Positions 27,126 to 42,037 of a stretch of 64,000 nt of DNA are shown piece after piece. The DNA comes from the human T2T-CHM13v2.0 reference genome, Homo sapiens: assembly GCF_009914755.1 (NCBI RefSeq), contig NC_060928.1. The stretch is one strand, 5' to 3'. The position numbers and the translations under genes are program-made. The stretch's first letter is position 1; each line of letters starts with the position of its first letter. Under the pieces are notes generated by a model. That model saw only the letters and a program-made list of their open reading frames with translations. It searched no databases and was not told the DNA's origin.

Positions 27126-29489
27126 AGCTTTCCTGAATTGCCATTTCATCAGCATTATATCATTTCCTCAAGAGTCATTGTAAAACTCAGTATCTGTTTT
27201 TAAAATGCATGAAAAATTCTTAGTTACATTGACTTTTCCTTTGCTTTGATCTTTCTTCAGTGTTTAAAAATAAACTTAAAGATTTGACTTGAAACTCTCG
27301 AGATTCAAAAGCACACATAAATCAGTTTTATCTTGAATTCATAATGGCAAATGTCTCCACATTAACTTCAAATATTATAAAAGGTTTGTAATCAAGGACC
27401 TGAAATGTCAACAGAATAGTTTTTTTCTTTAATCAAATATTTAAAATAATTGACTAGAGGGTACACAGTAAATTCATGCTTTTTCCTTTTTTCACTTTGC
27501 AGATACACTTCATTTTATTCATCTACAGGAATGTTGTCTCTCCCACTGCACACTCTTCAGTATGTCTGCCCAGCTCAAAACATGCCTCATCCTCAGATAA
27601 TAGGAGTAGAAAAATAATTTCAGCAATGCCAAAACGATTATTTATCTTAGAAATTTGAATCTTGAGTTGGTACATAGGAGGAAAAAAAGCAGTTAAAACA
27701 AAGTAACTTATAGCAGTGTGACTCAGATAGAGAGAGACCATGAGCACTTTCTACTAAGGCCCCTTCTATTTTTTTCTTGAAGCTTGATTAGTAAGCTCTA
27801 CCTTTGTTGCAGTTAGATACTTAGGATCCTGCCAAGTAACTTTTTTTGAAGCCTAATACAAATTCATTTATTTTGCTTTCAACCAAAAACAATATGGAAT
27901 CTTTTAAAAATTGCCTTAAATATTGTGCTCTTTATACACAATGACATATTATAACTAGAATTTTTCTTGGTTCTGGTACTTGAATAAAAGTCTTGTTTTT
28001 CTTTTCCTCTGTTCTATTCTTTTGCTTCTGCTAGTGATCGTAAGCCAGTTGCTCAAAGACCAGTGTGGAAAAGGCTTAAGAAGGAAGAGCACCAGAGGGA
28101 AATTACCATCTGGAGACAAAATGACACTGGGAACTTGGAGGAAAACGTTCAGGCACACCGTATGAGGAAGCAGAACACTGGTTGTAGGTTGTGTGTTGAT
28201 GGCTTTCTATGAGTAAATGCCCTGAAAATGTATGTGACTAAGCACCATAATGTGGATTTCTGAAAGCTGAATGACTTAAAGAAAAATCTGCTTATTTCTA
28301 AAAAAATCAACAAGTGGTTTCTTTTAGCAAGTTCTTAAATTTCTGTAAGGCATGAATGATCTATTATGTAAGGAAAGTGTTTCAATACAGGTATTCTGTC
28401 CTTAAGTGTCATGGAAACCAAACGTCCTATAATGCAAAGCTCTGCTGCGTGCAGATCTGTCCTTCTTTCACTACTCTCTTCCATATTTATAATGTCTCTA
28501 TTCATAGTTTATGTGAATAATAAAGGCTGTGGAGTCCCCTGGAATTCTTATTTACTATGCTCCCATTTCCTTAATTATTAAAAGTTTTACACCTTCATAA
28601 GAGATGCTTAGTTGCTAGAGCCTCTCCATACACTAATTCCCAGAAGATGCTTAAGACATGAGTCCCAGGAAGGTATCCATTGCAGGAATTCTGGATAGGA
28701 CTGTGAGCTTATGGACAGACGTTGATGCAAACTGACTTGAGACAGTGCAACCGTTAAGGTCCCTTTAGAAAATATTGGTAGCTGCAAAATTTTGGGGGGA
28801 GATGCAGTTTATATATTTATCCACAACATTATTACTAGTTTATAAATAAATGTAAATCTCAAACCAAATTATTAAACAAACACAGTTTACCAAGTATGAA
28901 CAAAACTGTGAAAATTTGATAACATTCCCACTCTCAGTCCTTTCAAGTGCCCTTCTGAAGACCACCTTGCTTAAAACGTTTACTTGAAACAATTATAACA
29001 ATAATCTGGAGGCAAGATTTGGCTAATACTATATCTGCCATCACAAAAACAGAATTCTCCACTGCACTGTCTGGACTCCAGTGCAAGTAAGATCTAAGCC
29101 TCAAGCTTTGTGTCCAAAGATCCTTTCATGCAAGGGTGGGAGGTATCTCTAAATCTTTAGACAACACTCATATCTTAAATACCACTACTGTTACCAATAA
29201 GGACCTATTTGTAATATTCATTATGCTTTCATACAAGCATGATTTTCACAAATGAAGCCCCATTTCTTATATGCATTATTTTAATCAGCAAAAATCTAGC
29301 ACTGACAAGATAAAAAGATAGCCGAAGTCCTTGTAGTACATTTCTCTGAAGTGTGGACTTTCTGTTACATGCTAGGTGATCATTCCTGGAAAGTGAATTA
29401 CCAATTAAGGGTATAAATTAAACTAAATAACACATACATAATATCACACATCAATGTTGATATATTTTAAAGTAAATTAAAGGTAGGCA

Positions 29490-29945
29490 AGTCACTATTC
29501 ACAATAGCAGAAACATGGAATAAACCCAGGTGCCCGTCAACAGTGAATTGGATAATGAAAATATGGTACATATGCACCATGGAATACTACACAGCTATAA
29601 AGAGAATGAAATCATGTCTTTTTGCAGCAACATGGATGCAGCTGGAGGCCATTATCCTAAGTGAACTAACGTGGAAACAGAAAACCAAATACATGCTCTC
29701 GCTTATAAGGGAGCTAAACATTGGGTACATGTGGACACAAAGATGGGAACAAGACACTGGGAAGTACTAGAGGAGTGAGTAAGGGGAGGAATTAAAAAAA
29801 TACTTGTTGGGTATTATACTTACTAACTTGGTGACAGATTCATTCATACTCCAAATCTCAGCATCAAGCAATATACCTTTGTTAAAAATCTGCACATGTA
29901 CCCCCGATTCTAAAATAAAAGTAAAAAAGAATAAAAAAATTAAAA
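29490..29945 (+). mobile_element. L1PB-like 3' end
   Basis: ORF2 C-terminus (IWYICTMEYYTAIK...WMQLEAIILSE), 3'UTR and A-rich tail. Confidence 0.92.
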
Positions 29946-30019
29946 AATTAAAATGTGCATTTGTTATTCTGAAATTTTCGGGGATTATAAGTGTTTATGG
30001 TTTAAAAAGTTCAGGCTCA

Positions 30020-30312
<293 letters not shown>

Positions 30313-31344
30313 GTTCCGTCTCAGGGATATTGCAGGATTCAAGACTAGTATTTTAGCCATATTGAGATTTAAGTAATTTTGCATCATAATGAGGAAACAA
30401 AAACAACTGTGGAGTAGTAGCTCCAGAATTTCTGACTCTATTTGGAAGGAGGGTCTAGGAAACTTGTATGGAAGCTCTGTTTGCATAACAGGCCACTTTT
30501 TTACTTGGATATTATGCTTATTTGGATGGTTTTGAACATGAGATTATGGGTGATCTGGCTTTGGTATTTTCACCAGCCAAACTTGTGAAATATTACCCTT
30601 TAAAAAGCTGGGGTGGGTGTGTGTTTTGTTTTTAATAATTCATCTGTAATATGTATAAGGCATTTATACCACATTTAAAAATTTTTTGAATGTTCGATAA
30701 TTTTAATCTATAAGAGAGACTAAATTATTTGATGAATGGGAAGCTTTATTGCAGAGTTGATTTGAGCTCCACAGATGACAGTAAGAGATTGTAAAAGTTC
30801 ATTTTCTATAACACTAAACATTAGTGTATACTAGGATCTAAACATAATGGCAGGTCTAATAACAAGTATGTTTCTAGTCTAACAATATAGTATTATTTTA
30901 TATTCATAATATTTGTTTTTTCTAAGGAAGTAGTAAATTGGAGTGTAACACAATGATCAATCTAAGTGTTGCCATAACATTTATAGTTTCATTAGCCAAT
31001 TATAATCTTTGATTGTGATTTTTGAAAGCTATTTACAAGGACAGCTTAACCAGTATAAGACTTCACTTTTTCATCTATACAATTACAATTCTCTCTTGAA
31101 AGAAAATTGCACTTGTAAATCATTGATGATGAAAGAATCTGTATAAAATTTTAAGTTCTTCCTTAGGCTGCAAATTATAATGAAATTTTTAAACATATGG
31201 TTGTCAATTAGTGTGCTTTTTTCCTTTTGAAATAAACACTTCTGCCTTAAAATCTTGCTCTTTTCTTTAGAAACTGAAGCCATTTGTTCTTTGTTTTTAA
31301 AGTCTTTAATCTTAAAACCTATTTTAAATTTCAAAAGGCTTAAA

Positions 31345-31635
31345 GCTTTTATGTGGTCCCTTGAGCTTAGGCAAGAAATAGATTTTGGGATCACTAACAT
31401 ATGGAAGAGATTGGATAAGATCATCCTGAGAGAGAAAATGTAATGAGAAAGAATAGGACAGAGGAAAGAGCTCTGAGGGATGCCAGCATCTAGAAAAAAG
31501 GAAGAAAAGGAGTTCACAATAAGAGAGAAGGGAAATTTGGATATTATGACATCTTGAATGCCAGGGAAAAAGATGAGTCACTGTTTTACATTTCTGGTTA
31601 GGTTATAGAAGGTTGAAAAGACCATTGATTTCATT
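31345..31635 (-). mobile_element. L2 fragment
   Basis: atagattttgggatcactaacatat...ggataagatcatcctgagagag...gaccattgattt. Confidence 0.65.
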
Positions 31636-31639
31636 GTAT

Positions 31640-34600
31640 CTATGGATAAACTAAAAATAATGTTTGATATGGTTTGGCTGTCTCCCTACCCAAATCTCAT
31701 TTTGAATTCTAGTTCCCATAATCCCCCATGTGTCATGGAAGGGACGTGGTGGGAGGTAACTGAGTCATGGGGGTGCATGGGGGTGGTTACCCCCATACTG
31801 TTCTCATGATAGTGAGTGAGTTCTCACAAGATCTGATGGTTTTATAAGGGGCTTTTCCCCCTTTTGCTCGGCACTTCTCTCTCCTCCCACCATGTGAAGA
31901 AGGATGTGTTTGCTTCCCCTTTTGCCATGATTGTAAGTTTCCTGAGGCCTCCTAAGCCCTGTGGAACTCTGAATAAATTAAACCTCTTTCCTTTATAACT
32001 TACCCAGTCTTGGGCAGTTCTTCAAAACCCAGCGTGAGAACGTACTAACACAATGTTTGTATTTTAAGTCATCAAAGAGTTGTAGAATCAAATAACTCTA
32101 AAGAAACTGAATTCCAAAGTTAGATAAACTTATCTAGATTATCACAAGTCAATGGCCACTTGCATTCCGAGGGTAGTCTGGGGATCTGTTTCCCTTTGTC
32201 CCAACAATTTGAGAAAGAAAATTATTAGGACAAAGGGAAAACAATCAAGCTAGGCTGACATAATGGATCGAAATCTGAAAGAAATGTAAGAGCCCTGCCT
32301 TCTCATCAATTTTCTCCTATGGGAATTTTGCTGAATAAAGTCACACTTGTTGTGAAGCTAAAGCTGCCCTCAAAAATATATTAAGAATATCTGCAATGCA
32401 GAATTTATTGGATTGGATTAATAGCAGACTGAATTAAATAGAAGAAATTATTAGTGACAGGCCAATAGAAATAATAAAACTGGAGTACATAAAAAGTTAT
32501 TTTTAAAAGTATCTTTTTAATTTAATTTAAAAATTATCATTTTAACAGAACTGAACAGAAAAGCAAATATCTGAAAGAAAATATTGACAGTCTAGTATGC
32601 ATGTAATTGGCGTCCCAGGAGAGCAAATGGAGAATGAGGTAGAAATATATATATGAAGAGAGACTAGCCAATAAATTTTAAACAATTTAAAATTTCAAAT
32701 TTTTAAAAAAGCAACTGGTTAAAAATCTGAAATCATAGAACTAAAAGGCTTAGTGAACACCAGGCAGAGTAATTACAAAGAAAATCTTGCCTGGGTACAT
32801 CATAGTCAAACTATTTAAAACCAAAGATAAAGAGAAAGACCTTACAAAACACCTTAGGTATGAATGAGAAATGACTAGCTACAAATAATGAGGGAAGCCA
32901 GAAGACAATGGAATAACCTTAAAATGCCAAAAGAAAATCAATACATACTTCTTTATCTAATAAAAGTATTGGTCCATTTGCAGGTGAAATGAAAATGTTT
33001 TTAGACAGCAAAACATAAGATTATTCATCACTAGTAGGAAAACATGAAGAATACAAAAATTAAGAAAGCTTCTTTAGGATGAAAAGAAGTAAGCCCAGGT
33101 GGAAGACTGGATCTCCATAAAAAAAATGGAGAGCACAAAAAAGGGTAAATATGTGGTTGAATATTTTAAAACATTTAAAAATTTTTTTTAGCTGTTTAAA
33201 GCAAATACAGTAACAATGCATTGTGGAATTTAAAATAATAAAGAAGTAAACTATATAACAATAGCACAATGGGAAAGGAGACATATATAAGGTCCTTACA
33301 TTGTTTTTGAAGTTGTATACTATTAACTTGGGGTTCATTGTGATAAAATAAGAATTAATATTGTAATCTGTAAGTAATCACTTAGAAGCAATATGCAATG
33401 AAAAAGCCAACAGAATAGATAAAATGGTATACTAAAACTATTCAAATAATATATAAAAAGCCATGAAATGTGGAGCAAAGAAAAAGAAAAAGAGAAAGGA
33501 CAAACAGAAATCAGCTAGCAAGGTGGAAAACACAAGTTTAACCATATCAGTAATTACATTAAATATTAATAGAATAAAAACTCCACTTAAAGTACAGAAA
33601 ATATCAGGTTGGATTTAATTTAAAAACAAGACCCAACAAATCAGTTTATAATTGGATGTTCTTTTATAATCCAGCCTAACATTATCTAGCCTTCAAACAT
33701 AAGAATGCAAAGAGTTTGGAAATAAAAGGATTAGGAAGCTTATAATAAAAAGATTAATGTAGCTATATTAACATCAGATAAAGTGGATTTCAAGCCAATA
33801 AGTATTACCAGGAATAAAGAAAACATTTCATAATAACCAAAGGGTCAATTCATTGGGAAAACATGATAATTCTAAATGCAAATGCCCCTAGTAACATAGA
33901 TTCAAAATATTTGAGATAAAATCAAACAGAAATAAAAGGGATAATAGACAAATCCATAATCATAGCTGAAGATTTTAACTCTCCTCTTTCAGAAATCTGT
34001 AAATGAAGTGTAAAAAAAAAAATCAACGAGTATATGGTGGATTTGAATAATACTGTCAAGCAGCTTGATGAAATTGAAATGTATAGAACAACATACTCAG
34101 TAATTGCAGGATACATGTTATTTTTAAATGCATTCAAAACACTCGCCAAAATAGGCCATAAACTGGGCCATAAATTAAGTTGCAAAACATTTCAAAGGAT
34201 TGAAATCATGCCGAGTATATTCTCTGACTTAAATGAAACTAGAAATCAGAGTTTAAATAATAACTGGGAAATCCTCAAATATTTGAAAATTAAGAAATAA
34301 CTTTTAAAATAAACCATAGGAGATATCATAAGGGAAATTTAAAAATATTTTAGATCAAACAAGGATGAAAATACAACATATCAAATTTTGTGGGATGCAG
34401 CTAAAGCCTTGATAAGAGAAGACATTTTAATACTACATGCAAATATTAGAAAGAAAAATAATTTTATTTAAAAAATGTAATCTTCCACTTCAGAAAGCTA
34501 GATAGAAAAGAGCAAATTAAACTCCATGGTTGTAGAAGAGGAAATGACAATGATGAGAACAGAAATCAGTGAAACAGAAAACAGATGAACAATAGAGAAA

Positions 34601-35070
34601 ACCAACAAATCCAAAAGTCAATTCTATGAAAAGATTAATACAAATTTGTAATCCCCTAGCAAGGCCAGTTAAGAAAAAGTAAAAAATATAAATTATCAAT
34701 ATCAGCAGTAAAATGAGATACATGACTACAGATTTAAAAGAATAAGAATAAACAGGGAATATTATAAACAATTTTACTCCAGTAAGTTTGACAACTTGGG
34801 AAAAATGTATATATTCCTTGATAAATACAATTTTTTGAAACTAATCCAAAAATAAATAGAAACTATAGAAGTCTCATATTGGTTAATAAAGTTGAATCTA
34901 CAATTAAAAACATTTCCACAAAGCCCAGATGGCTTTATTAATGAAGTCTACCAAACAATAAAGGAAGAAGCAATACATTCTATACAAGCTCTTTCAGAAT
35001 ATACAGGAAGAGAAAATGCCTTCCAACTAGCTTTATGAGGCCAGAGAACCGTGAAACCAAACTTGGCAAG
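31640..35070 (+). mobile_element. Old L1M (5'UTR-ORF1-ORF2 5' half), 3'-truncated
   Basis: ORF1-like text 32400-33150. ORF2 start ~33535 (accatatcagtaattacattaaat). ORF 34034..34300 resembles the L1 endonuclease region (DLNNTVKQLDEIEMYRT). Confidence 0.85.
31665..32052 (+). mobile_element. THE1C-like solo LTR
   Basis: tgatatggtttggctg...actaacaca. Perfect TSD atgtt (31660-31664 / 32053-32057). Confidence 0.95.
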
Positions 35071-35218
35071 TGCAAGAGAACAGGTCCCTGGGTGGCCTTG
35101 GCTGACCCAGTTCTTCCTCCCGTTGCTTGCAATTCTCTTGCTGAATGTCCTGAGAATACAACATCCTAAGATAAGGACGAAATGCCTGGAAAAAATCCAG
35201 ATTATGTCTTTGATCCTC
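35071..35218 (+). mobile_element. 5' fragment of an ERV LTR (possibly LTR47/LTR42-like ERVL)
   Basis: Begins tg, contains ccctgggtggccttggctgacccagttct and gaatacaacatcctaagataagga. Family recalled from memory. Confidence 0.5.
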
Positions 35219-36187
35219 TGCATTAGTCCATTTTCATGCTGCTGAGAAAGACATACCTGAGACTGGGCAATTTACCAAAGAAAGAGGTTTAATTGGACTT
35301 ACAGTTCTACATGGCTGGGGAGACCTTACAATAATGGCTAAAGGCAAGGAGGAGCAAGTCACATCTTATGTGGATGGTAGCAGACAAAGAGAGAGCTTGT
35401 GCAGAGAAACCCCCATTTTTAAAACCATCAGATCTCTTGAGACCCATTCACTATCATGAGAACAGCGCAGGGAAGACCTGTCCCCATGATTCAGTTGTCT
35501 CCCACTGGGTCCCTCCCACAGCATGTGGGAATTATGGGAGCTACAAAATGAGATTTATGTGGGGACACAGAGCCAAACCATATCATTCTGTCCCTGGCCC
35601 CTCCCAAATCTCCTATCTTCACATTTCCAGTTTCCAGTTTCCAGTTTCCAGTTTAAAAATCAGTCATGCCTTCCCAACAGTCCCCCAAGTCTGAACTCAT
35701 TTCAGCATTAACTCAAAAGTCCACAGTCCAAAGTCTCATCCTAGATAAGGCAAATGCCTTCTGCCTATGAGCTCGTAAAATCAAAAGCAAGTTAATTACT
35801 TCCTAGATTCAATAGGGGTATAGCCATTGGGTAAATATAGCTATTCCAAGTGGGAGAAATTGGCCAAAACAAAGGGGCTACAAGCCCCATGCAAGTCAGA
35901 AATCCAGTGGGACAGTCAAATCTTAAAGTTCCAAAATGATCTCCTTTGACTCCATGTCTCACATCCAGGTCATGCTGATGCAAGAGGTGGGTTCCCATGG
36001 TCTTGGGCGGTGCTATCCCTGTGGCTTTGCAGGGTACAGCCTCCCTCCCGGCTGCTTTCACAGGCCGACATTGAGCGTCTGAGGCTTTTCCAAGCACACG
36101 ATGCAAGCTGTTAGTGGATCTACCATTTTGGGGTCTAGAAGACGGTGGCCCTTTTCTCACAGCTCCACTATGTGGTGCCCCACTGGG
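35219..36187 (-). mobile_element. Truncated THE1B-like provirus (3'LTR 35219-35585 plus ~600 bp internal)
   Basis: LTR tgcattagtcc...ccatatca, then THE1-int paralleling 20778-21350, ending abruptly at gtgccccactggg. Confidence 0.95.
35624..35654. repeat. Short (CCAGTTT)4 tandem expansion inside THE1-int
   Basis: tttccagtttccagtttccagtttccagttt, absent from the paralogous position near 20815. Confidence 0.9.
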
Positions 36188-36279
36188 CACAGGTACCAAT
36201 GGTATTAAAAAGCTGTAGAGACACATTTAAAATTTATACATTCTACTCTATTTTATTTATTCCTGAAAGCACTGAGAAA

Positions 36280-36500
36280 AATACAAAAATGCTGCATAAA
36301 TTAAAATAAGATCAGCACTGAAAAGCATCCATTGGAAGGAGGCCGTTGATTGCCTTCTTTGAGAATAATAAACGTGAAATCAGTTTAGATAGCATAGAGA
36401 GAAAGAGATGGAGACACTGAATATAGTTAATTCTTTTAAGAAGATTTGCTATGAGGAAAAGGAAAACAGATTTGATGGCAGTAGGAGGGAAACGTGCACA
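36280..36500 (-). mobile_element. L2 fragment
   Basis: gatggagacactgaatatagttaattcttttaagaagatttgctatga. Confidence 0.65.
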
Positions 36501-36604
36501 TTTATTCTTTAGGGCCAGAAGGGAAAGGATGCCTCATAGATCTGAAATTCTTTTAATTTATAGTTATTATGGGAAAAACTAAAAAATCAGAATATTCAAA
36601 GCAT

Positions 36605-37410
<806 letters not shown>

Positions 37411-37419
37411 TCTTTTATC

Positions 37420-37670
37420 TTAAAAGTTAGCTCTGCACATTTGCAGTCAATCTTTTCTTTTACCCCCAGCATCAGACAACTACTGATCTGTTTTCTGACT
37501 CCATAGTTTGTCTACTATAAAAATTTGTATACATATAATTATACAATATGCAGATCTTTAAAATGGCTTTGTTATTAGCATATTTATCAATTTCATCTGT
37601 TTGTTGCATGTATCAGTAGTTTGTTCTTTTTAATTGTTGAGTAGTACTCCATGGTATATATTTATTTACT
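37420..37670 (-). mobile_element. L1ME/L1MB-like 3' fragment
   Basis: caactactgatctgttttctg...gttgcatgtatcagtagtttgttc...gagtagtactccatggtat. Confidence 0.75.
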
Positions 37671-38131
37671 GCAGATTTTGGAAGAACCATTCTTGTTGTA
37701 TGTATTTTTTAGGTTCCAAAAATTTGTTACTGTTGTCACCTCTCTTCTTGTGAATTTCTGTCGTTATAACATGCAGTTATAGTGAAGCTTTTGAGACACT
37801 GAAATTGAAGGTGTCTGCTAAAGCTACTCTTTAAACTCAGAAGTTTTTTTTTTCCTTTACTTCATAAGGTGATAGGTGAAGACTTGTCCCATCATTTTAC
37901 TGTGAGGAGAATAATTACTATGACATTTCAAGTATGTAAAATTAAAATATATCTAATGAACTTCGTGTGTCTTTTTATATATTTTAATAATTAATTATTT
38001 TGATGAATGCAGAATATTTTCATGACAACAAGCAAATTATCTTTGCCACAATTATTATATTTAATGGTAACTACTAATCATCTAATGAAATTTAGCCACA
38101 ATACTGGTGGTATCCACACAGCACCTATTCC

Positions 38132-38302
38132 TTTATTTTATTTTATTTTATTTTTGAGACAAGGTCTCACTCTGTCACCCAAGCTGGAGTGCAGTGTGGC
38201 AATCATGGCTCACTGAAGCCTCGAACTCCTGGGCCCTAACGATCTTCCCACCTCATCTTCCAAGTAGCTAAGAATACAGGTGCTTGCCACTGTGCCCTGC
38301 CC
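38132..38302 (-). mobile_element. Monomeric Alu (FRAM-like)
   Basis: Single right-arm unit with (TTTTA)n tail, flanked by tattccttt on both sides. Confidence 0.85.
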
Positions 38303-39544
38303 ATATTCCTTTTAAACATTTTCAAATCTTCTCTTCTAATTGATTATTGCCCTCATAAGAAAAAATTATATCTTTATCACAATTGTAAATGCAGTAAAAC
38401 CTACAATAAGACTGTACTTGCTTCGGGTACTCCTTATATGTCTGATGAAAGCACTAACTTTATTGTGCATGCATCTTAAAAAGGAAAAGCTATCAAGGTT
38501 GAAGGGCATCATACTCAAATTACTTGTATTTCATAGTTTAATAATTGATAGATAATCCAGAGAACCACTTCCATACCATTTTTAAAGCCAGCAAAATTAT
38601 ATAAAACCTTAGAAGAACTATTATGGTTTTCTTTTATGGAATTCTTATTAAAACAATCCACCTGATTATCATCTATGCACTTAGGCAAAATAAAAGCTTA
38701 CTGGCATTATGTGTGACACAGTTCTGAGCTCTCAATTTTTCCAATTGTTGTGCCAAAACTATTTTAAAATGGTACCTGAGCCTAGCATTGCTTAATATTT
38801 TCCTTGGATCTTACTTGGTAAAAGATAAGTTTATGTTTTCAAGGCTGCCCTGTAATTTTTGTTTTCAATTGAGTTTAATATGAATGTTTAAAACTTGCAT
38901 GATGACCAATTGTAACAAGAATACTATGTTAAAACCTGAGAATTTTTGGCTTTAAAAATGAAACTAAAATAAATAAAGTGCAGAGATTGACTTTATATTA
39001 CTTAAATAGCTTTTTTTAATTTTTAGAAATTAGACTTGAGATTCATCAATTCATGTTGAAAAAATTGGAATTATTTAATTTTTTCAGAGATAATATTTAA
39101 AACTTCTTTTTTTTCAAATTAGAAGGCTATTGTAACTGAAGAGTATGATGCAATCCAATTTTGTAACTTTCTGGTTTTTTTCTTTATTAGACCCAATCTG
39201 TGCTGTTTGAATAAATAACTTCCTAAAGAATTATTTTACTGAAAGTGAGGTCTGAAAATGTATAACAAGTTACCTGATTGTCTTACTATTTTGAAACATA
39301 ATTGGTTTGATTTATAAAACTCATTGATTTAATGGGTTTGCTGTTTCTCAGCATAGTCTGCCTTTTTTAAAAGATCAGTTTATTAAATTTCCCCCCAGAA
39401 ACCGTAGATATAAGAGTGAGGTAAAAATAATGTTGATAATGAAAATAATATTTAGTTGAAAATAACTGAAGTGGGTGATAGCACAGGCTTCTTCCTTCTC
39501 TGGCATATCAGAAACAACGGTATGGTTGAGTAAGAGTAACAGGT

Positions 39545-39750
39545 AACATAAGTTATGACAACTTACTGTGTCAGAAACCATTTTATGAGCTTTGTATGTA
39601 ATAAATCATCTTCACAAGGTACATAATATCAACATCACCTCCATTTCATAGATGAAGAAACTGAGGCGAGTCATTTGGCTGAAAAGATGTGAAACTGGGC
39701 TGAGTATCCAGATAGTGTGGCTCTGGAGTCCACAAGCTTAACCATCTCTC
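39545..39750 (-). mobile_element. MIR
   Basis: ccatttcatagatgaagaaactgaggc...ctctggagtccacaagcttaacca. Confidence 0.82.
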
Positions 39751-40109
39751 CAAATTGCTGCTATAAAGGATAATTATCCAGAAAAAATGTGAAAGAAATT
39801 ATACAAAGGAAAGATTTCTTTCAAAAAAAAAAAAAAACGATGAATAATGATAATGAAATAAAACATAGCAATCATAATGGAGCAAGAATCAAACCAAATG
39901 ATGCAAGCCCAATGTGGCTCTAGTTTACTAAGTCACCAAGCAGTACTATTGTGATATGTTAATCTTTATTTGACTCATAAACAATAATAACTAAAATAAA
40001 GTCATTAATAACTATAATAAAGCAAATGTCTCTCATTAAAATCAAGAAGAGACAGAGAGTGTGCCTTTCATACTTACTAGTTTTTCATTTTAATTATTTG
40101 TTCTACTAA

Positions 40110-40640
40110 CAGTGTTGTAATGGTAGAGGCAGGATGGAAGTGGAAAGAATTGGAGAATCATTTAATATTGAAATGGATTTTAGACATCCAAATACAGATG
40201 TCAGGTAAGCTGTTGGATTAATGTAACTCAAACTCAGAGGAAAAGTCTGGGCTGGAAATATAAATTTGGGGATCATTATAATGGTATTTAAACTCATGAA
40301 ATTAGTTGATATTATCCAGAAAGAGGGTGAAAAAAAGAGAAAGAAGTCTCATAGTAGGGTAAGAGGAGAAGTCAGTAAAGGAGACTAAGAAATAGCAGCC
40401 ACGGAACAGTGGGGAATGCATGAGTGTAGGGACACAGCAAGGAAAGTGAGCATGGTCAAATATGCTTAAGGCTGCTGACAGTTAGATTATGTGAAGTCTG
40501 TCCACTGGGCTGAGCAGCATGGAAGTCACCAGTGAATTTAGAGAGTAGTTTCATTGGAGTGTGGAGATAGAAGCTAAGTTCATGTGGGTGGAAAAATTGT
40601 GGTGAAGTGAGGTTAGAGAGATCATGAGTAGGCTAATTCT
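40110..40640 (-). mobile_element. L2 fragment
   Basis: ttagacatccaaatacagatgtc...gtctgggctggaaatataaatttggggatcat...gtttcattggagtg. Confidence 0.82.
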
Positions 40641-41299
40641 ACCACACTTCCTATAGTTATTCTCATTAGAAAAGCCCAACTTTAATCACTGCCCTCCTCA
40701 TCCCTATGAAACCGTCTCCATGGAAACACATGACACTATCATATTTTCTCTATATTTCTTTAACTCTCATTTGTTCATCTAGTTCATCTTTTCCTTCAAA
40801 ATCCCTCTTTGGAGAACTCATTTTCTATGGCCATAAGCATCGCCTACTTTTTCAACCACTTCTTCAAATGTTGTCTCTACCGTCTCACCTTACCTTTGCC
40901 TTGTCTGAAGACAGTGCTTTCCCAGCAGCCCTCTTGCTGAAGTTGTTTATTGTGTCTCCAATGCGTAGGGGCCTAGAGTGGGATCATTATTCATGTTCAC
41001 TATTGCCATTTCCAGGCAATACTCCTGCTCTTTTAATGGTTATGCTACCTGGCCGTATTACACATTTCTCTTCTTACTGCCACATTTACTGATTTCCTTA
41101 TCACTCATATAAATTCGCTAACATTTCAGAATGTGTGAATGGTTTCTTTTAATTTTTTTCAAAAATCTTCTCAAATAGATAATAGTTATCCAAAAATCAA
41201 AGTTAAAAATATTTTTGTCTACTTTTCTTAGAAGGTAAGAAATTTAGCAGTCCTCTCATCATCCTTCTCCCTCCCCACCCCGTGCCCAATTTTGACTAA

Positions 41300-41530
41300 C
41301 AGGGTCTACAAAGCCCATCACAGTGGCCTTTGGCACCTGTGATCAGGTTCATTCTGTGCTACTCTTTTTCTTATTTTTGTATCCTTAGGCTGTTCTTTCT
41401 ACCCGCAACAGTCTTCCTAATCTAGTTTCATCCTACTTTTTTAATCTAGGACTTACTACTCAGATCTCTGTTCAAATGTCCTTTCCTAAGGGAAGCCTCC
41501 TTTGACTCCCCAGACTAGGTCAGGTGCCCA
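41300..41530 (+). mobile_element. L2 fragment
   Basis: cagatctctgttcaaatgtcctttcctaagggaagcctcctttgac. Confidence 0.65.
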
Positions 41531-41712
41531 TCAGTTGGTCTCAGTGCCAAAGGGTATGATGATTTTGAGTGAGCTTCAGACTATCATACAGATGGGCTCC
41601 AGCCCAGTCCTAGGTAGAAGGAACATGAAGAAGGCAAGAGTAAGAGCAAGAGCTAAAAGATTGATTTGGTCTTCTCTATTTGAGATTGAAAGCATAACAT
41701 GCATTTCTTTTT

Positions 41713-42037
<325 letters not shown>

